A stretch of 64,000 nucleotides of DNA, taken from positions 192,001 to 256,000 of the forward strand of contig CAWEWF010000001.1 of assembly GCA_963812605.1 (NCBI GenBank), given 5' to 3'. Positions within the stretch are counted from its first letter, which is position 1, and every line of letters starts with the position of its first letter. Shown piece by piece: positions 20,099 to 30,226 of this stretch. Both the position numbers and the translations under genes were made by a program. The notes beneath the pieces were generated by a model that was not told the DNA's origin, searched no databases, and saw nothing but the letters and a program-made list of their open reading frames with translations. The DNA comes from an uncultured Verrucomicrobiae bacterium (GTDB taxonomy: Bacteria > Verrucomicrobiota > Verrucomicrobiia > Palsa-1439).

Positions 20099-22474
20099 AT
20101 GCCAACAAACACCCTCACCTCGGAACTGCTCCAGAAGATGGACGCTTACTGGCGCGCCGCCAATTATCTGTCGGTCGGACAGATTTATCTTTGGGACAAT
20201 CCCCTGCTGAAACAACCGCTGACGCTCGCGCATGTGAAGCACATGCTGCTGGGACACTGGGGTACTACCCCGGGGCAGAACTTCGTCTATGTGCATTTGA
20301 ACCGGGTCATCAAGAAATACGATCTGGACATGATTTATGTCTCCGGCCCCGGGCACGGTGGCCCGGCCGTGGTGGCCAACACGTACCTCGAGGGGACTTA
20401 CAGCGAGATCTATCCCAACATCAGTCGGGATGAGGCCGGGATGAAGAAACTCTTTACGCAGTTCTCGTTTCCAGGTGGAATCCCCAGCCACGCGTCGCCG
20501 GAATGTCCGGGGTCGATCCACGAGGGCGGCGAACTTGGTTATTCGCTCAGCCATTCGTTCGGGGCGGTATTCGACAATCCCGATTTGGTCGTCGCCTGCG
20601 TCGTCGGCGATGGTGAAGCGGAAACCGGCCCGCTGGCCACCGCGTGGCATTCCAACAAGTTCCTCGATCCGGCCACCGACGGCGCGGTGCTGCCGATCCT
20701 GCACCTCAACGGCTACAAAATCTCCAACCCGACCCTGCTCGCCCGCATCACCCGCGAGGAATTGGAACAGTTGCTCCGAGGCTACGGGTGGACGCCCTTC
20801 TTCGTCGAGGGTCACGAGCCGGCGTTGATGCACGAAGCCATGGCCGCGACGCTCGACACGGTCGTGGAGCAAATCAAAAAAATCCAACTGGAGTCCCGGG
20901 CCCACGGCAACACCACGCGTCCGCGCTGGCCGATGATCGTCCTCAATTCGCCCAAGGGTTGGACGGGACCGAAAGTGATCGACGGTTTGCAGATCGAAGG
21001 CACCTTCCGCTCGCACCAGGTGCCGCTCTCCGACCCGGCCACCCATCCCGAACACCTCAAGTTGTTGGAAGACTGGCTGAAGAGCTACCGGCCCGGCGAA
21101 CTTTTCGATCGGCAAGGCCGCCTGAAGCCGGAACTGGCCGAGCTCGCGCCCACGGGCGCGCGGCGGATGGGCGCGAACCCCCACGCCAACGGCGGTATCC
21201 TGCTCCGCGACCTGCGCATGCCGGACTTCCGCGACTACGCGGTCGACGTGACCGCCCCGGGTGCGATCGAGGCCGGTGATACGCATATGTTCGGGCGTTT
21301 CCTGCGCGATGTGATCAAGATGAATGCGGAGCGGCGAAATTTCCGCCTCTTCGGCCCCGACGAGACGCTCTCCAACGGCCTGGAAGCCGTCTTTGAAACG
21401 ACCAACCGCCAATGGGAAGCCGGGACCGTGCCGAACGACGAATTCCTCGCGCCGACCGGGCGCGTGATGGAAATACTCAGCGAACACCAATGCGAAGGCT
21501 GGCTCGAGGGCTACCTGCTCACGGGGCGGCACGGCCTCTTCAACTGCTACGAGGCGTTTATTCACATCGTCGATTCGATGTTCAACCAGCACGCCAAGTG
21601 GCTGAAGGTCACGGCGCACCTGCCGTGGCGGCGAAAGATTGCTTCCTTGAACTACCTGCTGGCCTCGCATGTCTGGCGCCAGGACCACAATGGCTTCACC
21701 CACCAGGATCCCGGTTTCCTCGACCACGTCGTGAACAAGAAGGCCGAGGTCGTGCGTGTTTACCTTCCACCGGACGCCAACTGCCTGCTGTCGGTGATGG
21801 ACCATTGCCTGCGCAGCCGGCATTACGTCAACGTCGTGGTCGCGGGCAAACACCCGGCGCCACAGTGGCTGACGATGGACGACGCCGTCAAGCACTGCAC
21901 CGAGGGCATCGGCATCTGGCAGTGGGCCAGCAACGACCAGAGCGCCGCGCCCGACGTGGTCATGGCCTGTTGTGGCGACGTGCCCACGCTCGAGACGCTC
22001 GCCGCCGTCTCCATCATGCGCGAGCACCTGCCTGACCTGAAAATCCGGGTGGTCAACGTCGTCGATCTCATGAAGCTGCAGCCGCAAACCGAGCACCCGC
22101 ACGGCCTGAGCGACCAGGATTTCGACGAGCTTTTCACCCGGGACAAACCGATCATCTTCGCGTTCCATGCCTACCCCTGGCTGATCCATCGGCTGACCTA
22201 CCGCCGCACCAACCACGGGAACCTGCACGTCCGCGGCTACAAGGAAGAAGGCACCATCACTACGCCCTTCGACATGACCGTGCTGAACGACCTGGACCGC
22301 TTCCATCTCGTGATGGACACCATCGATCGCCTCCCGCAGACCGGCGACAAAGGTGTCTATCTCAAGCAGCAGCTTCAAGACAAGCTCATCGAGCACAAAC
22401 AATACATCAATAAAAACGGCCAGGACCTTCCCGAAGTCCGCAACTGGAAGTGGCCCGCGTCCGGTGCGTCTTAA
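20099..22474 (+). CDS. xfp: Xylulose-5-P/fructose-6-P phosphoketolase
   Basis: [60 protein letters not shown]. 791 aa. Confidence 0.97.
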   Translation: MPTNTLTSELLQKMDAYWRAANYLSVGQIYLWDNPLLKQPLTLAHVKHMLLGHWGTTPGQNFVYVHLNRVIKKYDLDMIYVSGPGHGGPAVVANTYLEGTYSEIYPNISRDEAGMKKLFTQFSFPGGIPSHASPECPGSIHEGGELGYSLSHSFGAVFDNPDLVVACVVGDGEAETGPLATAWHSNKFLDPATDGAVLPILHLNGYKISNPTLLARITREELEQLLRGYGWTPFFVEGHEPALMHEAMAATLDTVVEQIKKIQLESRAHGNTTRPRWPMIVLNSPKGWTGPKVIDGLQIEGTFRSHQVPLSDPATHPEHLKLLEDWLKSYRPGELFDRQGRLKPELAELAPTGARRMGANPHANGGILLRDLRMPDFRDYAVDVTAPGAIEAGDTHMFGRFLRDVIKMNAERRNFRLFGPDETLSNGLEAVFETTNRQWEAGTVPNDEFLAPTGRVMEILSEHQCEGWLEGYLLTGRHGLFNCYEAFIHIVDSMFNQHAKWLKVTAHLPWRRKIASLNYLLASHVWRQDHNGFTHQDPGFLDHVVNKKAEVVRVYLPPDANCLLSVMDHCLRSRHYVNVVVAGKHPAPQWLTMDDAVKHCTEGIGIWQWASNDQSAAPDVVMACCGDVPTLETLAAVSIMREHLPDLKIRVVNVVDLMKLQPQTEHPHGLSDQDFDELFTRDKPIIFAFHAYPWLIHRLTYRRTNHGNLHVRGYKEEGTITTPFDMTVLNDLDRFHLVMDTIDRLPQTGDKGVYLKQQLQDKLIEHKQYINKNGQDLPEVRNWKWPASGAS

Positions 22475-22488
22475 GCGCGATAGCCGCC

Positions 22489-22605
22489 AAAACGAACCCA
22501 TTTCACAATTCCAATTTAAAAGCCATAACCACCTCTCCCGCAAAAGAATCCAACGAAATTCTCGCTCGGACAAAATGGGTTCGTTTCGCAGAAACGCATG
22601 TTTTT
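22489..22605. repeat. About 117-bp inverted-repeat element (copy 1)
   Basis: AAAACGAACCCATTT - 69 nt - AAATGGGTTCGTTTC followed by GCAGAAACGCATGTTTTT. Related copy at 55344-55460. Confidence 0.7.
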
Positions 22606-22678
22606 CGCGACCCAGACCGCCGCTGTCGTCCGCGGCAAGCGCGCTGAGCGCGGTTCCGACGAAACGGATTCGCCAATA

Positions 22679-22767
22679 GTGGCGCGGGCGTCCCGCCCGT
22701 GGCTGTGTGCGCCGGTCTCTCGACCATCGCCAGTCGTTGGTAGGGACGGCTGGCCCAGCCGTCCGCG
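22679..22767. repeat. REP-like palindromes
   Basis: gtggcgcgggcgtcccgcccgtg and GTAG-ggacggctggcccagccgtcc. Confidence 0.6.
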
Positions 22768-23056
22768 CCCGTCCATTCGCCACCGTTAAGATTCTGGTCA
22801 TAATTCACACGCCGACCATACCTCCATGCCACTGGACGAGTCCAGCAAAATTATCGATTACCGATACACGAATATCTTGAAGCGAAGGCCAGGGCTTAGA
22901 ATCGGCTTGTCAGCATTGTCAAAGCTGATACCATGAGCGCTCGTCTGGGTGAATGGTCGGTGATTGTCGGGAGACATAAGTCGTATGGGAAATGCCGCCT
23001 TAAAAGATGTAGCGGTCACGTGTCGAATTACAACCAAACCCGCTAGGATCTCGTAA

Positions 23057-23566
23057 ATGAATCGCCACTCGCTGTCTCTCATCGTTGGGCTTGCTGCCGC
23101 CGTTGTCGTACGACAGGCTATCGCGGCAGAAAAACAACTCTGGGCAAAATCGTTCCTTAATCAGAAAGCACCGGAACTTATAGTGGAACAATGGCTTACC
23201 AAGACTCCGGATACGCGCGGCAAATTCGTGTTGGTCGATTTTTGGGCGACGTGGTGCGGCCCGTGCCGCAAGGCCATCCCGGAGTTGAATAACATCCACA
23301 AGATGTTTGGGGACAAACTGGTCGTGATTGGATTGTCCGACGAAACGGAAAGCAAGATCCGCGCGATGCAGGAACCGAAGATCGACTATTATGTCGCGAC
23401 AGACACGCAGGCGCGCATGAAAAAGCGCGTCGAGGTGAATGGAATCCCGCATGTCATTATCATGGACCCGCAGGGTGTCGTCCGTTGGGAGGGCTTTCCT
23501 CTTCTGCAGGGTTACGAGCTTACCCCGGCCGTTGTTAAGGACATTCTCGAGAAGTATTCTCGATGA
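23057..23566 (+). CDS. TlpA-family thiol-disulfide oxidoreductase
   Basis: Signal peptide and VLVDFWATWCGPC. Confidence 0.92.
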   Translation: MNRHSLSLIVGLAAAVVVRQAIAAEKQLWAKSFLNQKAPELIVEQWLTKTPDTRGKFVLVDFWATWCGPCRKAIPELNNIHKMFGDKLVVIGLSDETESKIRAMQEPKIDYYVATDTQARMKKRVEVNGIPHVIIMDPQGVVRWEGFPLLQGYELTPAVVKDILEKYSR

Positions 23567-23599
23567 GTCTGTTGAGCGTCTGTCACGTCAGCATGCCCG

Positions 23600-24925
23600 T
23601 CATCCCGCGGGCTTCTCCGAGTTTGCCGGCTCCGGCTCTTTGTGGGAAACGCCTTTCGTCCGCAGCGTTTGAAATTGGACCAGATCTTTGTGGAACAACA
23701 AATCCAGCGTCCAATCCAGGGCAACGCGGAACTTCTTCTCGAAGCGCGGCAGTTTGCTGAGGTAGATCGTCCGCCACATCCACCACGCAATGAACCCGGA
23801 GAATTGAAATCCAAACACCTCCGCCACACCCGCGCGGCGTCCGATGCTCGCCATCGCCCCGAGTGTCTTGAAGCGAAACGGCTTCTTCTCGCCGCCGCGA
23901 ATCACAGCTAAAATATTCCGCGCCAGCACCCGACCCTGACGCAGCGCGTGTTGGGCCGTGGGCGGACACATCTTGCCCGTGGTGAGGTCGGGGACCGTCG
24001 CGCAATCGCCGAGCGACCACACGCCCGGCCACTCGGCGACCTCCATAAATTCATTCACGCACACCCGGCCGTGCTCCTTCAGACAGGGCAACGCACCCAG
24101 GTGCGGGTTCGGCGAAGTGCCCGCCGTCCAGACGATATTAAACGTGTCGATGCACTCGCCGTCGCTGAATTTCACGCCGCGTTCGGTCACGCTCGCGACC
24201 TTGGTGTTCCCGCGAATCTCCACGCCGCGCATCTTCAACTTCTCCTGCGCATAGCGCCCGAGTTTCTCGCCGAGTTCCGGCAGGATCACCGCGCCGGGAT
24301 GCACCAGCACCAGCCGCAGCATGTCTTCTTTCAGGTTGGGATAGAAACGAATCGCCGACCGAAGAAAATCGTTCACGGCGGCGATGGTCTCCACGCCGGA
24401 AAAGCCGCCGCCGGCCACCACAATGGTCAACAACGGCGAGCGTTCCGCCGCGCAACAGTCAAAATCAGCCACTTCCATGTTCTCGATGAGCTTGTTGCGC
24501 AGATAAATGGCGTCGCCGAGTGATTTCATCGTCAACGCCCGCTGCTCCAGACCGGGAATCCCATAAAAGTTCGTCACCGTTCCCAGCGCCACCACCAAAT
24601 GATCGTAATCCAGGTCGTGATGATGATGTTCCGGCCCATGCGACACGCCCACGCGCTTCTTCGCGAGATCGATGGTTTCGACATCGCCGTCGAAGAACTT
24701 CACGCGCCGCAGCAGTTTGCGGACGGGATTAACGATGTTGGTGATGTCCAGATCACTCGCCGCGACTTCATGGAGCATCGGGGTGAACAAAAAGAAGTTC
24801 TCCTTGTTCACCAGCACCACGTCGGCGTTCAACCCGCGCGCCAGGGCCTTCTCTAGTTCCAGCGCGCAATACATCCCGCCAAAACCGCCGCCCAGGATGA
24901 TGATCTGTGTCTTTTTCTCGCTCAT
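23600..24925 (-). CDS. ndh: Type II NADH dehydrogenase-like FAD oxidoreductase
   Basis: ILGGGFGG, FTPMLHEVA, AGGGFSGVE, WTAG, GDCA, PPTAQHA, GFIAWWMWRTIYL. Confidence 0.92.
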   Translation of the reverse strand: MSEKKTQIIILGGGFGGMYCALELEKALARGLNADVVLVNKENFFLFTPMLHEVAASDLDITNIVNPVRKLLRRVKFFDGDVETIDLAKKRVGVSHGPEHHHHDLDYDHLVVALGTVTNFYGIPGLEQRALTMKSLGDAIYLRNKLIENMEVADFDCCAAERSPLLTIVVAGGGFSGVETIAAVNDFLRSAIRFYPNLKEDMLRLVLVHPGAVILPELGEKLGRYAQEKLKMRGVEIRGNTKVASVTERGVKFSDGECIDTFNIVWTAGTSPNPHLGALPCLKEHGRVCVNEFMEVAEWPGVWSLGDCATVPDLTTGKMCPPTAQHALRQGRVLARNILAVIRGGEKKPFRFKTLGAMASIGRRAGVAEVFGFQFSGFIAWWMWRTIYLSKLPRFEKKFRVALDWTLDLLFHKDLVQFQTLRTKGVSHKEPEPANSEKPAG

Positions 24926-25071
24926 GCTACCGCATTTGGGATGATACCATGACCCGAACCGATGCAAATGATTTTGGTTGGCGTCTTGACGGGGGCGCGG
25001 CTGTGTTAATAATCGGCTGAATTCCGCCGGATGCGGTTGCTCCATAAACGCCTATTTGCTAATCTGGCGCA

Positions 25072-25734
25072 ATGACAAAGAAGTTATTTGCGGAGGCCAT
25101 CGGGACGTTCTGCCTCGTCTTCGCCGGCACGGGGGCAATCATTATCGACGAAGCGACCCGAGGGACTGTCTCGCATGTCGGAGTGGCTTTGACCTTCGGG
25201 CTGGTCGTGCTGGCGATGATTTATTCGGTGGGGGACATATCCGGAGCGCATTTAAATCCAGCGGTGACGCTTGGCTTTTTTGTTGCGCGACGCTTCGAGG
25301 CGCGATTGGTCTTGCCCTACATCGCTTGCCAGGTTTTGGGCGCCCTTGCCGCCAGCGCAATCCTGCATCTTCTTTTCCCGCTAAACACCCTTCTCGGCGC
25401 TACATTGCCCCTCGGCTCGAGCCTGCAATCGTTCGTCTTGGAATTCATCCTCACTTGTATTCTGATGTTCGTCATATTAAGCGTCTCCACGGGAGCGAAA
25501 GAAAAAGGAATCACCGCAGGCATAGCCATCGGTGGTGTCATCGCGCTGGAGGCCCTGTTTGCCGGCCCCATCTGCGGCGCGTCCATGAATCCGGCTCGCT
25601 CACTGGCACCGGCATTGTTATCTCGGCATTTGGAACATCTTTGGATTTATCTGGTGGCGCCCGTCATCGGAGCGGTTGCCGCTGTCGTTTCGTGTCGATG
25701 CGTCCAGGAGGATGGCTGTTGCCGCGCCAACTGA
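25072..25734 (+). CDS. MIP/aquaporin channel (arsenic-associated type)
   Basis: ISGAHLNPAVT and GASMNPARS, Cys-rich tail CRC...CC, adjacent to arsC. Confidence 0.92.
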   Translation: MTKKLFAEAIGTFCLVFAGTGAIIIDEATRGTVSHVGVALTFGLVVLAMIYSVGDISGAHLNPAVTLGFFVARRFEARLVLPYIACQVLGALAASAILHLLFPLNTLLGATLPLGSSLQSFVLEFILTCILMFVILSVSTGAKEKGITAGIAIGGVIALEALFAGPICGASMNPARSLAPALLSRHLEHLWIYLVAPVIGAVAAVVSCRCVQEDGCCRAN

Positions 25735-25735
25735 T

Positions 25736-26191
25736 ATGAAAAGCAAAGTCCTCTTCGTCTGCATTCACAATAGCGCCAGAAGTCAGATGGCCGAGGCGTT
25801 TCTTAATCAGATTTGCTCTGACGACTTTGTGGCTCAAAGCGCCGGATTGGAGCCGGGCAGGCTCAATCCGCTGGCGGTCAAGGTTATGGATGAAATCGGC
25901 ATCGATATTTCTCATAAGCAGACTCAAAGCGTGACGGATGTCCTCAGGTCCGGCGAGAAATTTGCCCATGTCATTACCGTTTGCGATGAAACCAGCGCCG
26001 AACGCTGTCCGATTGTTCCCGGTGGTGGAACTCGACGGCATTGGAGCTTCTCCGATCCCTCGACAACCATCGGTACTCCCGAGGAGAAACTCGTCAAGGT
26101 CCGGGCCATTCGCGATCAGATTAAGAGTAAGATTGTGTCCTGGTGCGATGAAGTATGCCGACCAACATCCTTGCTCACGGGTCGCCAGTAA
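25736..26191 (+). CDS. arsC: Arsenate reductase (LMW-PTP, thioredoxin-coupled type)
   Basis: VLFVCIHNSARSQMAEA (CX5R), ITVCD, ERCP, HWSFSDP. Confidence 0.9.
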   Translation: MKSKVLFVCIHNSARSQMAEAFLNQICSDDFVAQSAGLEPGRLNPLAVKVMDEIGIDISHKQTQSVTDVLRSGEKFAHVITVCDETSAERCPIVPGGGTRRHWSFSDPSTTIGTPEEKLVKVRAIRDQIKSKIVSWCDEVCRPTSLLTGRQ

Positions 26192-26212
26192 CCTTGTAAT
26201 AATCGGGCCATC

Positions 26213-26497
26213 ATGGATCTGCAAACGGAAGACTTCCAACACGAGATTGCCGCCGCGGTGAAGAGTTACGACAAGTTCGTGGTGTGCATGGAAAAGACGC
26301 CCGATGAATTTCTTAAGAGCCTGCAATCACTGATGGCCAAGGCGATCACCGCCTTCCAAAACCGCGCCCCCGGCCTGCGTCACGGCATCGCCCTGGATCG
26401 CCACGTGACCATCATGCTCAGCCAGAATGAAGACACCCGCCCGCTCTGCGGAATCTACTTCAACCTGCACTCCCCCTTCCGCAAGAAGTCCGGTTAG
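26213..26497 (+). CDS. Hypothetical protein
   Basis: 94-aa ORF with host-like codon usage. No family recognised. Confidence 0.6.
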   Translation: MDLQTEDFQHEIAAAVKSYDKFVVCMEKTPDEFLKSLQSLMAKAITAFQNRAPGLRHGIALDRHVTIMLSQNEDTRPLCGIYFNLHSPFRKKSG

Positions 26498-26581
26498 CGA
26501 CGCGACAAGATCGGTCGATGCCTCTTTGGGAAACGCAATTGGTTTGATGATGGAGGCCCGTTGCCCAAATGACTTTTCCGG

Positions 26582-26657
26582 TTGCAGTCGCGCTTCTGTG
26601 AAGCGCGGGTCGTTCATTTTCTCAATAAATCCGGCGCTTTGCAGAAGCGCCGCTACA
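26582..26657. repeat. REP doublet (TGTAG family)
   Basis: ttgcagtcgcgcttctgtgaagcgcg ... cggcgctttgcagaagcgccgctaca. Confidence 0.75.
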
Positions 26658-26723
26658 CCAAATCCAGTGGATTTCAATTTGGGCAACAGGCCCCAGAGAT
26701 GTGGCCCCAGTCGCTCTTTGCTA

Positions 26724-27026
26724 TCAGAGAGCGGGGCTAAGTACAGCCCATAATAGAACTGCTCCGCCCACATAACAGAAGAGACGCCAAACCCGTAATC
26801 GACGGTGGCGAAGCCAAAGACCGAAGCCAATTGTCTCTATAGCAGCCACCAAAGTCACACCTCCCAGTCTGACACATGTATTGCTTTCTGGTAAGACCCC
26901 CGTCCAAGCACTCGGTAGCAACAGCGTTATTGTCAAGCTGACCGTGATAGCACACGTAATAATTGAAGCTGCGACGAGCCACGATGTGGAGACAACTTGA
27001 CGGGGGGAAATGGGGTTAGGTTCCAT
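26724..27026 (-). CDS. Small hypothetical membrane protein (lower GC)
   Basis: About 100 aa with three hydrophobic stretches. Confidence 0.45.
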   Translation of the reverse strand: MEPNPISPRQVVSTSWLVAASIITCAITVSLTITLLLPSAWTGVLPESNTCVRLGGVTLVAAIETIGFGLWLRHRRLRVWRLFCYVGGAVLLWAVLSPAL

Positions 27027-27113
27027 TATCAAACCATTCGGTCTCCGTTTTCGCCTGTACCAATACTACCAACTCATCTCGTCCACCAACAACGGTTCAT
27101 CGCAGCTTCCGCT

Positions 27114-28031
27114 TCAAAACGTCACGAAACCGCGCTTCATCAAACCCAACAGGCAGGTGTATGCCTCTAGGTCCGTGCCGGGGAAAGTGTCGATCACGGT
27201 CTCCAGCGATCCGTTATGCAGCACGAGCTGAAATAACTGGATCTCTTCCGTGGCGAGATCGCGGAGGTTGCCGGGCACCGGTTCAACCACCTTCAATGTC
27301 GCGCCGTGTCGCGGTAATTTCGGTTCGATCATGCGGATCTCATCCAACTGCCGCATTCCCTCCAACATCAGCGACGTGGTGGTCTCGGTGATCTCCTCGG
27401 CCACCTGGTGCTCGCCGACGGGCTGCAGGTCGAAGGCCCCTTCCGTCCAGCGGAACATGCGATAAAACGCCTTGTACAATCTCACCAGCGGATTGCTTTC
27501 AATCTCGGCGTAATACACCTGGCCATCGCGGAGGTAAACCTTGCCGATCCCCTGGTCGGAACGAATCGTCAACACGCCGCTCTTGCGCGACCCGGAAAAG
27601 AGTTGCAGCAGATCCGGCAGCGGCATCTCGTGGATCGACCCGGAGATGAGCGGGGAAGGCGCGTCGGTTGCGCCCGTCGCCGCCGGAATCCCCGGCGCGA
27701 CGCTGGAATGCGACGTCAACGGCCTGACATCGCTGATGGATGCCAGCTTCATCGTGGATGAGCCGACGACAATTTCGTCGCCCTCCCGAAGCTCCACGGC
27801 GCCAGTGATTTTCACGCCATTCACAAAGGTGCCGTTCCGCGACGCGAGGTCCTCGATCATGACCCGGCCCCCGTGCGTGGAGATCTTCGCGTGCTTGCGC
27901 GAAATCTTTTCGTCGAGCAGCAAAAGATCGGCATCGTTGACGCGCCCGATCACGATGACCAAATCCGGCGGCAAAGGAAACTCCCGGCCCTGGTCCTTGC
28001 CCGCCACGAAACGGAGGACGTATTGCAGCAT
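27114..28031 (-). CDS. FHA + DUF4388 (PatA-N-like) protein
   Basis: IGR, ISRKHA, DLASRNGTFVNG (FHA). GSIHEMPLPDLLQL..SRKSGVL, SLMLEGMRQLDE (DUF4388). Confidence 0.9.
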   Translation of the reverse strand: MLQYVLRFVAGKDQGREFPLPPDLVIVIGRVNDADLLLLDEKISRKHAKISTHGGRVMIEDLASRNGTFVNGVKITGAVELREGDEIVVGSSTMKLASISDVRPLTSHSSVAPGIPAATGATDAPSPLISGSIHEMPLPDLLQLFSGSRKSGVLTIRSDQGIGKVYLRDGQVYYAEIESNPLVRLYKAFYRMFRWTEGAFDLQPVGEHQVAEEITETTTSLMLEGMRQLDEIRMIEPKLPRHGATLKVVEPVPGNLRDLATEEIQLFQLVLHNGSLETVIDTFPGTDLEAYTCLLGLMKRGFVTF

Positions 28032-28144
28032 TCGTTCCTGTACTGTTTTGTCAAGCGGCTGTCCGCAATAAAACTCTACCCAGACCCGGCAATCGGGTCA
28101 AGCTACTGTGCCCGTCGTCATTGTCTTAATTTGCATCCGCCAAC

Positions 28145-28208
28145 TGTAGCCGAAGCGTGAGCTTCGGGAATCCGCATTGCTACCACCGAAGCTCACGCTT
28201 CGGCTACA
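28145..28208. repeat. Perfect 23-bp inverted REP doublet between convergent-free minus-strand genes
   Basis: TGTAGCCGAAGCGTGAGCTTCGG - 18 nt - CCGAAGCTCACGCTTCGGCTACA. Confidence 0.85.
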
Positions 28209-28236
28209 AAACACGAACGATGAGCGATGCGGCAAA

Positions 28237-29499
28237 TTAAGACACTACCTGCCCTGCTTCGCCGGGTTGTTTTCGCGCCAGTGTCATTATTACCGCCAGC
28301 ACCGCCACGACCATCGATCCCACTCCCAACCAGAAGAATACTGTCGGCGCCGAGGTGCGACGGAATAAATCCGTTCCGAACTGCAACCAAAACGCCACGA
28401 TCATCGTGGCCGAGGTCAACATGCCACGGGCCGCGAATACCGCGCCGCGCCGCGCATCTTCGACCTGCGCCTGGAGCCGGGCATCGAAGTAAATCAGCAT
28501 GGTCGCGATGACCCCGCCAAGCAGGATGATACCGATCGTGGCGACCCAGATGCGCACAGTGAGCGCCAATATAATGAGCGCGCCACCCATGATGACCAGG
28601 TGCGCCATGGGAAACCAGATGGATTTCGTCCACCGGTGTTGCGTGCTCAAGGACCCGATGCCGGCGGCGGCGCCCACGCCGCCAGCCAGGGCCAGATAGC
28701 CAACCTGGCTGGTAGTCAGTCCCAGTGTATCCATCGCGTAGCCGACAAATACTACCGCCAAAATGCCCACAATGAACATGAAGACACCGTTCAACAACAC
28801 CAGCGGCATCGCTGTGGGGTGCGTCCAGAGGTATTCAAGGCCGATTCGCAATTCGGTCCACCCGCTGCGGGTTCCGGGATACTGCGTCGCGGTTGTCGCA
28901 TGCGGGACCATCCGGATCCTCCAAAGCAACCCCGCGCTGACCAGGCACATCGCCACGTTGGCGAGCACGGTCGTCAGCACGCCCACTTTCTCGGCGATCA
29001 ATCCACCCAGCGTAATCCCGCCCACGGTGGCAAGGGCCAGCGTGATTCCGAATATCGTATTGGCATGAACGAGGTCGTCCGTGCCAACCAGGTTTGGCAG
29101 CAACGCGGAACGCGCAGCCAGATAGAATGTCGCAATGATCCCCAACACGCCCGTCATCCAGTAAACCAGCTGCAACCCGCGATTCTCAACGCGGCCCGAC
29201 AACAGGGGGAGCAACCAGAATGCGATCGCGAGCACCACCACCGCACGGATGACATCACTGACGATCAATACACTGCGCCGTTGCCACCGATCCAAGACCA
29301 CCATCACCAAGGGACCGAAAAGCAGACCCGGCAAGGCAACCGCAAACGACAGCTTGGCGATCTCCACGCGTTTGTCAAAGTGCTGGTGTTCGCGGAGCAC
29401 TTCCACCAGCCCCATGCGCATCAATCCATCACCCAGGGTCAGCGCAATCTGCGAAGACAACAACCACAGAAAACGGGCGTTTCTGAGCACCGCCCGCAC
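28237..29499 (-). CDS. MFS transporter
   Basis: About 12 TM, LDRWQRRSVLIVSDVIRA, ARSALLPNLV, RRGAVFA. Confidence 0.88.
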   Translation of the reverse strand: MRAVLRNARFLWLLSSQIALTLGDGLMRMGLVEVLREHQHFDKRVEIAKLSFAVALPGLLFGPLVMVVLDRWQRRSVLIVSDVIRAVVVLAIAFWLLPLLSGRVENRGLQLVYWMTGVLGIIATFYLAARSALLPNLVGTDDLVHANTIFGITLALATVGGITLGGLIAEKVGVLTTVLANVAMCLVSAGLLWRIRMVPHATTATQYPGTRSGWTELRIGLEYLWTHPTAMPLVLLNGVFMFIVGILAVVFVGYAMDTLGLTTSQVGYLALAGGVGAAAGIGSLSTQHRWTKSIWFPMAHLVIMGGALIILALTVRIWVATIGIILLGGVIATMLIYFDARLQAQVEDARRGAVFAARGMLTSATMIVAFWLQFGTDLFRRTSAPTVFFWLGVGSMVVAVLAVIMTLARKQPGEAGQVVS

Positions 29500-30225
29500 T
29501 TAGGAATGCTCCTCGATGAATAGCTTCATGTCGTCGGGCAATGACGCTTGAAAGGCGCACGGCTCCTGCGTGCCCGGGTGCCGAAACGCAACGCGTTCGG
29601 CGTGCAGCGCGTGCCGCGGCAACAACAGTTTCTCCAGCATCTCGTTCGTCACGCCCTGCTCGATGAATTGCAGATACAACTTCTCGTCCGGCCCATACAC
29701 CTTGTCGCCCACGATGGGGTGACCGAGCCACGCCATATGCACGCGCAATTGGTGTGCCCGCCCGGTGCGCGGCATCAGCCGGGCAACTGTGAAGTTGCGC
29801 AACCGCTTGTCGACGGCAAACCGCGTCAGGCTGGGCTGGCCACCCGCGCCATCCACCACGCGTTTCGTATAGACGACGGAGGTTTGGCTCATTCCAATCG
29901 GTTGATCGATCACACCGCGTTCCTCGGCAAATTCACCCTGGCAAATCGCGATGTATTCTTTCTCAATTTCGCGTCGCAGGACCGCCTTGCCGAGCGTCTT
30001 CGCCGCAGCTTCGTTTTTCGCGACAACCACCAGTCCGCTGGTTTCGCGGTCGAGGCGGTTGATCATCCGCGGCGTTGGCACTCCATGCTCGCGCAGCCAT
30101 TCCGCGAGGGAGATATGCTCAGGCTGTTGCGCCGAATGGCAAACCATTCCGCCCGGCTTGTCCACCATGAGCAATTCTTCATCTTCGAAGATGACCTGCG
30201 GGGCAGCGTTGGTGAGAGCCTGCAT
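29500..30225 (-). CDS. RluA/RluD-family pseudouridine synthase
   Basis: VDKPGGMVCH, NRLDRETSG, TGRAHQLRVH, HPIVGDKVYG, ALHA. The ORF-track 5' extension belongs to the upstream gene. Confidence 0.92.
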   Translation of the reverse strand: MQALTNAAPQVIFEDEELLMVDKPGGMVCHSAQQPEHISLAEWLREHGVPTPRMINRLDRETSGLVVVAKNEAAAKTLGKAVLRREIEKEYIAICQGEFAEERGVIDQPIGMSQTSVVYTKRVVDGAGGQPSLTRFAVDKRLRNFTVARLMPRTGRAHQLRVHMAWLGHPIVGDKVYGPDEKLYLQFIEQGVTNEMLEKLLLPRHALHAERVAFRHPGTQEPCAFQASLPDDMKLFIEEHS

Positions 30226-30226
30226 G

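Noticed and set aside
19664-22801. 1045-aa minus-strand ORF
   Set aside because: Antisense shadow of xfp/csbD in GC-rich DNA, with no protein motifs.
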